From NCBI GenBank assembly GCA_020184695.1, contig JAANOX010000186.1, positions 1 to 64,000 on the forward strand: a stretch of DNA of 64,000 bases. The letters are read 5' to 3'. Both the position numbers and the translations under genes were made by a program. Positions 31,601 to 40,086 of the stretch are shown here, one piece after another (the stretch's first letter is position 1; each line of letters begins with the position of its first letter). Origin of the DNA: Histomonas meleagridis 2922-C6/04-290x. Lineage: Eukaryota; Protista; Parabasalia. The notes beneath the pieces were generated by a model. The model did not search any database. It was not told the origin of the DNA and worked only from the letters and a program-made list of their open reading frames with translations.

Positions 31601-33403
31601 ATTATCTTTATGATCATTTTTGTTAATAAATTCACCACGGATATTAACTATTTCATTAATTAAATAATTCGGAAAGATATTCATTAATGAAACAAATGAA
31701 TGATCAATGTTTAAATGTTTTCCTTGTTCTAACATTGATGCTCTATAATGCCATTTACCTGCTTCTATAAAATCACCTGCACCTTCGATTAAGAAGTTAC
31801 AATATTCTTTACATATTTCAATGTTATTTGAATATTTATCTGATAAATCCGAATATATTGTACGATATTTATTACTATATTCTAAAATAGAAACTATTTG
31901 ATGGAAATCAATCTTTGCTTGTGGTAATGTAATTTCGACCCAAAATCGTCGTATTGATGTAATTGCATCTGATGATTCTTTAGATATTTTACGGATTTTT
32001 GATACTGCTTCTCGAGGTAATGAAGATTGTCGTAACACATAAATCTTCTTCATTTGGAATATTAAGAATTGATACAAAATCGATAAGTTATTATATTGTT
32101 GTAATAATGTTAAACAATGTCCTAAAAGAATATGTTCTCCTGTGAAAAATGATATAACTTGTGTAGTTTCAATTAAGACATCTAATGATTTATAATTATC
32201 GATCATAAATCGTGGTAATGAAAAATCTATAAATAAATCACATGCATGTGAAATACCAACTCTTAAATATGATAAGATTCGACTTTCTGAGATATTTAAA
32301 TCCTTTAAATGTTTCTTCTTGTTTTCTTCTGTCTTTTCAGTGCCTTCTGGAAATGAACTATATGAAAGTTGTTTTACTATTTTATTTCGTTTGATGATTA
32401 TAATAGTAAACATAACAAAAAATTCAACTACAAGGACAATTAAATCAATAAGTAAAAACGTGGTTTGACTAAGATGTGCACCAAATAGTAATGGTGCAAC
32501 AACTATTTGTGTCGAAAAATATAAGCCCGGAACTAATGAGCATACATAATGCATATAGAAGAAATGAAATGGAAACTGGATAATCTTAAATTGGATATAA
32601 ACCATAAATAATAAGATTAAGATTTGGATAATGAATGTGACCCATGGTGGAAACAAACTTAATATTGGAGATATGAATGATGAAAAACTTGTAAATGCAA
32701 AAAATGCACTAACAACAAGTGGATCCCATGCTGAAAATGGCGTGTACGTAAAAACTGTATTACGACATGTAAGACCATATGAAAAAATTCCATATATTAA
32801 TAATATGATGCTGAAAATTGTCGATATTATTGCAATGGCTAACGTATAACCTGAAGTGGTGTCGGAAGTGGCTTCAAGTCCTAAGTGATAGACTGCATAT
32901 CCGGCAAATGTTGGAAACCATCCAAGACAACATGGTACAATAATGATCTGTAATATATGCGAAATGTATAAAACTGGCTTGGAGAAATTACGTGTTCGTG
33001 AATAAAAAAAGGTTACGAGAATATGCCAACCGAATATAAATAAACATATGATGAACATGAAAACATAATACAGAATTGTGTTTCCCCATTCTTGTTTAGT
33101 AATTCCAAGATCGAGACCGTACTGTATGATTCGAATAAAAGGGTATTTGTTTTCTTCTGTTGGAAATACTTTGGAGTTTAAGGGCCAAAAACAACATATT
33201 ATGACCTGTATCACTAAAATAAGTATTTCCAATAGATAAAACGGAAGGGGGACATGAACAAACTGAGATATTTCGGAATATAACGGATATAATAAGGATT
33301 CGCGTTTCTGAGCTGCTATGATCTGGTCATCAATTGTTGTTAAATGTGTTGATTGAATAGTTGACGAATTGATTGATGACGAGGAAGCTTCTTTTGTGCT
33401 CAT
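28691..33403 (-). CDS. Multi-pass membrane protein with PAS domain and degenerate class III adenylyl/guanylyl cyclase domain (parabasalid TMAC family)
   Basis: Many TM segments; PAS (LPYPAIILDSELSITSINYAAKEITG); cyclase-like C-terminus (IGVAFGGPIAGNILSKSNPSFELLG) lacking catalytic residues. Confidence 0.85.
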   Translation of the reverse strand: MSTKEASSSSINSSTIQSTHLTTIDDQIIAAQKRESLLYPLYSEISQFVHVPLPFYLLEILILVIQVIICCFWPLNSKVFPTEENKYPFIRIIQYGLDLGITKQEWGNTILYYVFMFIICLFIFGWHILVTFFYSRTRNFSKPVLYISHILQIIIVPCCLGWFPTFAGYAVYHLGLEATSDTTSGYTLAIAIISTIFSIILLIYGIFSYGLTCRNTVFTYTPFSAWDPLVVSAFFAFTSFSSFISPILSLFPPWVTFIIQILILLFMVYIQFKIIQFPFHFFYMHYVCSLVPGLYFSTQIVVAPLLFGAHLSQTTFLLIDLIVLVVEFFVMFTIIIIKRNKIVKQLSYSSFPEGTEKTEENKKKHLKDLNISESRILSYLRVGISHACDLFIDFSLPRFMIDNYKSLDVLIETTQVISFFTGEHILLGHCLTLLQQYNNLSILYQFLIFQMKKIYVLRQSSLPREAVSKIRKISKESSDAITSIRRFWVEITLPQAKIDFHQIVSILEYSNKYRTIYSDLSDKYSNNIEICKEYCNFLIEGAGDFIEAGKWHYRASMLEQGKHLNIDHSFVSLMNIFPNYLINEIVNIRGEFINKNDHKDNNSNIETSFLSSYLTSTSNGSEIGQKLEEITSGMIKNSRLRLSLQSALTKFEYPGLSTAKAVTLIQAIVTVLILIIFTITILAPTSGIFTIVGELLYFGNTYTSAEYATFVSSLLFSTHSLINKYDGINKITEITHYPINNITSTSNALNDAEEIISYHAKNGIYNLYSLMNSLIDQADSREQTFDQLLYQMFSINISKNLHIQPESEQKSIRGVIFESLNYYIRSSGYWKSGQKDTTDYLDSLYTGAYNMFHINDNLAQIKDGIAIDGNNYVEGIQETYFILLFVISILFFLVFSIFQFNVIYSLYKNCNHIIEILKEVKKDAVRLSLKRISKIKKLKRKGSNGNSAQLLVKRNFSYIFLPIMTIFSIIANTVMIILVFYIARLRIQDIGKLIVWFNLANTRFGSLYETVGLIGYLCSLTNEEDINTLNEFLLPTYETFRDSWDSMLNGNEEVERFMGVDEDLDEIHFTDTCSETYSELYMFYNCLSLDRKIIEAYILLKQLIQTIENEGPININLNDEEKYSNLILLCEFYLLNKLQSFQSYFEVYGDSQTNTFTSESQTFSIVFIFVSIVIFILHYLLYNSFNDFIEAIRILIRFLPPETIVENKSLMDLISQNKEETEKKLMSPAQTILSSLPYPAIILDSELSITSINYAAKEITGMTREQVIGCHINTFIPYLNPENNSPTDLYINIERIKSKEITSISFRMKIQELSQIDLIGITNQFGILNSYVIIIHSLKHEEDLAQEAIEAKKRTQEIIQNNLPKPLSFNLDQHEKDDSSYYVSDNSTIISIEILGILDSVFTLTPKQIFTEVLRKIYEFIEETITKYPALIIIKKTEQNILICSGLFDFSDNPKLQVEQSCDFCLDLIEATDDISEQIMVDISFNIGVAFGGPIAGNILSKSNPSFELLGNIQEVAYSFLDDGVTSVVKVNQGAANLLDKNIFVIEKGPEMKDKKFQQYYVKRKVKKNM

Positions 33404-34147
33404 ATCTGTTCAATATAAATAACGTATTTTGTATTTGCATTTTGAATCGATTCAATTTGTTTGCATACCCAAAAGTTGAAAATTTTGAACACGTAATTGG
33501 ACGACGATTTATTTTCAATCAAAGGATGCTTACAAAAAGCTGGAAAAAGCACAACCACTTAACAGAGAGCCATATAAATCATGGATTTCAAAGAATACTC
33601 ACGCAATCATTTCCAATCTCTTCCATCTAACAGTAGGATTATATGTTCATGCATATGATTCAGAATTATTATATAATTTTTCGAATTATGAATTGATTAT
33701 ATAATAATTAAGATTGATTAAGATTAATCGACTAACATTTATAATTCTATGTAGGAAAGTTGGATTAACATCGGAAAACTTTGGTGCATTATTTCTTGAC
33801 TTAAACACGTCAAGAAAAATTGTGAAGAACACCGTCAAATATTGTCAATTTCAAAATAGAATTTTGAATAGTTTATTTATATAAATTGTTTATATTTTAT
33901 TGGCAATTACGGTTATATAATTATTTGAAAATAAATTTTTTTCTGATTCTTTCATCATCAGACAAACTTAGTTAATTTCCGGTAAAAGCGGTTTTATAAC
34001 CGCCCCTAAATTGATTTTATGTTGTCATCACATGTGATATATAATTTATCAAAAAAATTAAACAAATAAAGTCATTAATTTAATATTTATCCATCTGAAA
34101 ATCACCATTTCATAAAAAAGAATGATGGAGTAATGGTCAATTCGTTC

Positions 34148-37100
34148 TTATTTCGAAAGTAAATCAACAATTTTATCATAACCTTTTCCATTTGCAATCA
34201 TAAGTGCTGTTTCAAATAATTCAAATAATTATCAAATATTATTTTGAAATCCAAAATTATTAATATAAACTATAAATAAAACATATAAATATTTTTTGCA
34301 TTAATCTCAATTCTTTCTTGTCCAAGAAGTAATTTTATTATATCTATTTGATTATACTCAGATGCAATCATAAGCGCTGTTCTAATTAATAATGAAAGAT
34401 TCCAAATTTTATTTTGTAATATAATACTATCAAAACTAATCTTCAATAATATGAATGAATATCTTTAGCATTTATATCAATTCCTTCTTGTTCAAGCAGC
34501 ACCTTAAGAGTATTTATATTTTTCTCAAATACTGAAAGTATTATTGCTGTAAAAAATAGTTTTTATAATTTCCAAATATTATATTTAAACATAAAATTAT
34601 TGAAAACAATTTTAAATAAATCATATGAATATCTTTGGCATTGATATCAATACCTTTTTGTTTAAGAAGCAATTGAACTATTTCTGTGTTTTCACTCCAA
34701 GATGCTTTCATAAGAGCATTTCTAAATATTATGAATAATTTCCAAAAATTGTATTAATATGCCATTAAATAAAGCAAATAAATATCTTTCGCATTAATAT
34801 CAATTCCTTCTTGTTCAAGAAGTAATTGAAGTATTTCCAAATTTTCATATGAAGAAGCACAAATAAGTGCTGTTTCAAATAATTTAATTAGTTTCCAAAT
34901 AAAATATAAAAAAATTAAATAAATTATATAAATATTTAAAAAATTGAACAAATATTTTTAGCATTGATATCAATTCCTTTTTGTTTAAGAAGTAATTTTA
35001 CAATTTCTGTAGACCTTTTTACATGTGTTGCTATCATAAGTACTGTTGCAAATTATTCGAATGATTTCCAAAAATTATATTAATTCATCAAAAATTTCCA
35101 AAAAATTTTAAATAAAATATATAAATATCTTTAGCATTGATATCAATTTCTTCTTGTTCAAGAAGTAATTTAACTATTTCCATATTACCATTTTCAGATG
35201 CATACATAAGTGCTGTTTTAGAAAATTTAAATAATTTCCAAATATTATATTGAAATCCAAAATTATTATTTATAATATATTTAAATTTTTAGCATTAATA
35301 TTGATTCCATTTTGTTCAAGAAGTAATTTAACTATTTCTATTCTATTATAATAACTAGAAGCTAAGAGTGCTGTCCAAAATAATTTAAATAATTACCAAA
35401 TATTATTTTGAAATATAAAATTATTAAAATAAACCCAAAATAACACAAATAAAGACCATAAGCATTAATATCAATACCTTTTTGTTTAAGAAGTAATTTA
35501 ACTATTTCTGTATGACCATTTTGAGATGCTAAAATAAGTGCAGTTTCAAATAATTTAAAAAAATTCCAAATATTATTTCGAAACATTAAATAAATAAAAT
35601 ATATATCATATGAAAAAAAATAAACACCTTTAGCATTAATATCAATTCCTTTTTGTTTAAGAAGTAATTTAACTATTTTTATATAATTTTTGCGTGATGC
35701 GCATGTCAGTGCTCCTCCAAATAACTTTAACAATTTCCAAATATTATAATAAAATATCAAATTATTTTAATAAATTAGAAATAACATAAAGAAATTTTTT
35801 TAATATCAACATTTTCTTGTTCAAGAAGTAATTTAACTATTTCGGTGTGTCCTATTTTAGAAGCATAAACAAGTGCTGTTTGAATTTTATATAATTATTA
35901 TATTTTATTAATAAATTTGAAATTATCCAAAGAAACCCGAAATAAGATTAAAATATTCTTTGATATGCAATATCAATACCATTTTTTTCAAGAAGAAATT
36001 TGACAATTTCTATACGCCCTTTTTCAGCTGCTGAAATTAATGGAGTTTTAAATGTTTTTAATAATTTTCAAATATTATTTTAAAATATCGAAAAAATATA
36101 TTAAACTTTTAATGAAATATATAATCATTTTTTATATTTATATCTATTTCATTTTGTTCATATAAAAAGTTAAATAATTCAAAATTTATAGGTTCTGTAT
36201 CAGAAAAAAATATAAAATCACTTATTCTTTTAGAAGAAAATTCAATAATTTTATTCTCATATAAATAATGAAAGATATCATTTCGATGAAATTGAATTGC
36301 TGTTTCATATGCATCTTCAAAAGATGAATGATTTTGTTCACATAGATGAATAATTTCTTCATTTCCACCTGCAATTGCATATTTTCCTGTATTTGTTACT
36401 TTTGTATTATTCATAAGTAAATATTTAAAACATTTTGCTGATGAAAAAAAGGCTGTATAATCAATTAATGATACATTATATTGATTAATAAAAGAACATC
36501 TTTCATAAAGTGATGGTTCAATTGTTTGATTAAAATCAAAATTTGTTTGTGATGATATTTCTTGGAGTTTTTCTATTTCATCATTTCGAATTATTTTCGC
36601 GATTTCATTCGGATTATGTCCTTCTTTAATTAATTTCTTATGAAGTTCCCAATCATTTTTTGAAAGTTCTTCATAGTTTTCAATAAAATATTTCTTAAAT
36701 GGAATACGATATGCTCCTTTGAGGTAATTTATCATTTTATTAGACATGTAATGTGCGAAATAAAAAGTTTCAATGTTTATAACATAATTTGATGAAATTA
36801 TATTTAATTTGATCATTTTTTCTAGAAGAAAATTTGATTCTTGTGAATTTAATTGAAGAAGATAATGTAAAAATCTTTTAAATATTTTGTAGTTTGTTGC
36901 TTCATCAAATTCTTTTATAAATCTTAAATAAAGTTGATAATCTTGTAATTTCGATAGAAACGCAAAATATATGAGTCGGCAAAGAGTTAGTTTAGTGTAA
37001 ATTGAAAAATTATCATGAATAAGATATGTAATTGATGTAATTGTTTGAGTAAAATTATCTTTATTTAAATTGAAAATGATTTCTTCTAGTTTCTGTATTG

Positions 37101-37176
37101 TTTCCATGTATTCACAACGTGATAATTCTTCTTTGGTTTTGTTAATAGTATTTTCTTGGCTACTAGAATTTCCCAT
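34148..37176 (-). CDS. DUF3447-type ankyrin protein (~746 aa, 12 C-terminal repeats) split by 46 tiny non-canonical inserts
   Basis: ATG 37176 gives MGNSSS (myristoylation-type). DUF3447 motifs (IIRNDEIEKLQ, IEPSLYER, YAIAGGNEEIIHLCEQ) are followed by 12 intact ankyrin helices. Removing 788 nt of inserts gives 2241 nt in frame to TAA 34150-34148. Confidence 0.85.
34211..36126 (-). other. Twelve arrays of 17-nt inserts alternating with single-codon micro-exons
   Basis: Arrays at 36126-36047, 35956-35880, 35795-35716, 35625-35545, 35454-35375, 35284-35217, 35126-35047, 34953-34874, 34783-34721, 34630-34551, 34460-34381 and 34290-34211. Eight are exactly 80 nt = 4x(17+3). Confidence 0.85.
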
Positions 37177-37672
37177 CCAATTTATTTTCTGAAATGTTGC
37201 ATACAATATTTAAAAAGTACACTGTAAATTAATAAACGCTCACCAAAGAGCCTCTTCAAAGGCAATATTTTCGATTTTTTTATAATATGCTTAGATGTAT
37301 AAACAATATAGAGCTATATTAACATCTTATTATTCAATATAATTTTATATGTGAATTAAATATAATATGATTCTACGAACAATTTGTTTACTAATTTTTA
37401 TTGCCAATGTAAAATGGCTCCGGATTATATGAATGATCATTCCATTTTATTTCTATAAATAATATCAAAATCAAAAAATTTCATAAGACTGTTTTTTTTC
37501 TACCTATATATCAACCGAAAAATAATTAATTCATATTTCAGTATCTTATTGTTAACAATTTATATGAAATATATCTTCGAACTTAAAAAATATTAGAACA
37601 ATTTTATTATTACTAAATGGAAATTTATTCACTGAATTTGATTATAATTGACCTCTTTGCCACCAAAAATTA

Positions 37673-37910
37673 TAACTTTACATTTGTTTTGTTTGTTTTT
37701 AAATGTGATAAAAATGAACCATAAAATGTACGAAGAATAATTTCCAAATTGTACAACAGAACGAATTTCTCCATTTGTAACTTTACATATGTTTTGTTTG
37801 CTTTTAAATGTGATAAAAATGAACCATAAAATATACGAAGAATAATTTCCAAATTGTCCAACAGAACGAATTTCTCCATTTGTAACTTTACATATGTTTT
37901 GTTTACTTTC
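37673..37910. repeat. 105-bp tandem repeat (~2.3 copies) just downstream of enolase
   Basis: TAACTTTACAT... units start at 37673, 37778 and 37883 with few substitutions. Confidence 0.9.
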
Positions 37911-37936
37911 AAAAAGTTATTTAATTTGCTCATTGT

Positions 37937-39388
37937 TTACTCATCGAGCATATCCTTCTCCTTTAAGTATTCGTAAATTTGGAGTAATCTCGTGTACTTT
38001 TCGATTCTTTCTCCTCTTGCTGTTGACCCAGTCTTTATTGCCTGTGCTCCAATTGCCACCGCCAAGTCTGCGATCACTGAGTTGCATGTTTCGCCGGATC
38101 GATGACTTACCATAACATTTTGACCCGCGTCGAGAATAAGTTTTGCTGCTTCCATAGCTTCGCTTATTGTACCGATTTGATTTACCTTTAGTAACAATGC
38201 GTTGCACCATCTTCCTTCAAGTCCTTTGCGAATAGTGTTTGGATTTGTTGTGTATAAATCATCGCCAACAAGTTGACACTTATCGCCAATCGCTTCATTT
38301 AATTTGACCCAATGTTCATAGTCTTTTTCATGTAACCCATCTTCGATTGAGACAATCGATGGATGTTTTTCGATTAAATCTTTCCAATATTGAATCATTT
38401 CATCACCAGTCTTCTTGACGCCAACTTCGACTTCATATAATTTACTTTCTTCATCATAAAATTCGGAGGCGGCTGCATCAAGGCCAATGCGGATGTCTTT
38501 TCCAGGTTCATAGCCGGCATCGCGTATCGCATCTTCGATGATCGAAATTGCTTCTTCTGGAGTGTTAAGAAGTGGCGCATAGCCTCCTTCATCGCCAAGA
38601 TTCTTAGCGGAGATGCCGTATTTCTTGACAAGTAATGCACCAAGTTTTTGATATGTCTCAGCAACCATGCGAAGTTGGTCTGGATATGGTATGCCTGGTG
38701 CTGGTGATGCCATAAATTCTTGTAATTTAAGATTTCCACCTGCGTGTTTACCACCATTTAATATATTGAAAAATGGTGTTGGTAATTTGTACTTCTTTGG
38801 AAGATTCTCGCCGTGATATTGACGTGCAAGGTACTCAAAGAGTTGGAGCCCTTCAAGGGAGGCTCCTGCTTCTGCAAGTGCAAATGATGTGGCTGTGCAT
38901 GCATTTCCACCAACTTTCTCTTTGAGTTCTGTGCCATCTGTTTCACAAATGATCTTGTCGAGTACTTTGAGGTCATTGAGTGGTTTGCCTTGGAGTGCTG
39001 GAGAAAGAATTGTTGATACATTTGATGAGGCTGTTAATGTTCCTTTGCCGCCATAACGTGGTGAGTCTTTGTCACGAAGCTCACGTGCTTCATTGGAACC
39101 AGTGGAGGCACCAGAAGGAGCAGATGATCGGCCTGCAAATTGAACTTGACCAAGATACTTAACATAGACATCAGTTTCGACTGTTGGATTACCACGTGAA
39201 TCAAGAACTTCACGACCTACAAGGTGATCAATAACAGGTGCAGCAGCTTGGCTCTTGAATATGTGATAAAGAAAACCGAAGGCATCTTCGGGTTTTTTGC
39301 TGACAAGTTCGGTAACTGCTTCCTGAAGAATCTCAGTGACCTTGTGATTTTGAAGGTATTCAGCAGCAGCGGCTTTGTTGTCGGTCAT
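37937..39388 (-). CDS. eno: Enolase with N-terminal RIIa/Dpy-30-like extension
   Basis: DSRGNPTVE, GDEGG, LLKVNQIG and SHRSGET all present. The likely ATG is 39388 (after TCACCACTTTTT); alternative 39439. Confidence 0.95.
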   Translation of the reverse strand: MTDNKAAAAEYLQNHKVTEILQEAVTELVSKKPEDAFGFLYHIFKSQAAAPVIDHLVGREVLDSRGNPTVETDVYVKYLGQVQFAGRSSAPSGASTGSNEARELRDKDSPRYGGKGTLTASSNVSTILSPALQGKPLNDLKVLDKIICETDGTELKEKVGGNACTATSFALAEAGASLEGLQLFEYLARQYHGENLPKKYKLPTPFFNILNGGKHAGGNLKLQEFMASPAPGIPYPDQLRMVAETYQKLGALLVKKYGISAKNLGDEGGYAPLLNTPEEAISIIEDAIRDAGYEPGKDIRIGLDAAASEFYDEESKLYEVEVGVKKTGDEMIQYWKDLIEKHPSIVSIEDGLHEKDYEHWVKLNEAIGDKCQLVGDDLYTTNPNTIRKGLEGRWCNALLLKVNQIGTISEAMEAAKLILDAGQNVMVSHRSGETCNSVIADLAVAIGAQAIKTGSTARGERIEKYTRLLQIYEYLKEKDMLDE

Positions 39389-39699
39389 AAAAAGTGGTGA
39401 ACGATTACCTGACAAAGCTGTCAGATCAACATAAACCATTCAAAGTAATTAACGTTTTCTGGGGGTGTCTTCCATTTATTATGTAAAAATGTTGTTTAGC
39501 AATGTGCACATTGGATTAATAATATTTTAAATTTATGTATATTATAACAAAATATTTACAAAGTTAATTTTTTTGTTTTGAATGATGTTGATGATAACTT
39601 AACGAAGCAAATAGAGTTGGAAACAATTTAATCATTGATATTACATGAAAATTTATAACATTAAAATATTAGACATATTTTTTCACCTTTAATTTGGAA

Positions 39700-39930
39700 T
39701 CATTCATTTTCTTTGATTGTATAGCATTTATTTTTTATCATCTCCTTTGCAAGCTATATGAACGCTTTAAGGACACTAATGTTATTTATTGCAGAAGACT
39801 CAATGAATAAAGCGCTCTTCTTTTTGCAATTGCTTTCCCTTCTGAGTAAAACATATTATATTGAAGATCTATCCGATGTTTCAAGCCCGTTATAACTAAG
39901 TAACACTCCGTTGCCACAAAAAAAATTGAG
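39700..39930 (-). pseudogene. Decayed Rab/Ras-like GTPase relic
   Basis: Ordered motifs across frames with stops: GNGVLLSYN..SDRSS, EGKAIAKR, FIESSAINNISVLKAFI*LAKEMIK (G5 region and last helix). Confidence 0.5.
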
Positions 39931-40086
39931 TAAAGTACTTTTCAACTGAAATCACTTTGCACCATCAAAATATTCCTTTTTTAATGCAAATACATAAGTT
40001 GAATTGCTGTGAGTTTACACATAAATATTTAATTAATTACAAATTATCAAATAAACAGTTTTTATTACGCAAATAGATAATAAATT

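Noticed and set aside
34754-35760. Track ORFs 34754-34951 and 35362-35760 (and 3093-3275, 2732-3145) as separate small genes
   Set aside because: They are ankyrin exons read through the inserts, producing spurious I/Y/F/L-rich linkers.
34211-36126. Ordinary GT-AG (or AT-AC) introns explaining the ankyrin interruptions
   Set aside because: Most arrays have no AG near the 3' boundary and no GT at the 5' boundary. Using the ACAG in Thr-Ala codons would delete conserved residues. Single long introns leave non-consensus hydrophobic loops, while the 17+3 parse gives DxxG. Only the last insert of gene 1 could alternatively be a 20-nt GT-AG intron (2666-2647).
34148-36126. CRISPR array or simple satellite (period about 170 bp)
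   Set aside because: The conserved part is ankyrin coding sequence with synonymous-type variation; there are no cas genes and the context is eukaryotic.
2650-36126. Sequencing error or random pseudogenisation as the cause of the inserts
   Set aside because: Errors would not give fixed 17-nt lengths at codon boundaries with consensus codons in register, and the ankyrin helices carry no stops or frameshifts.
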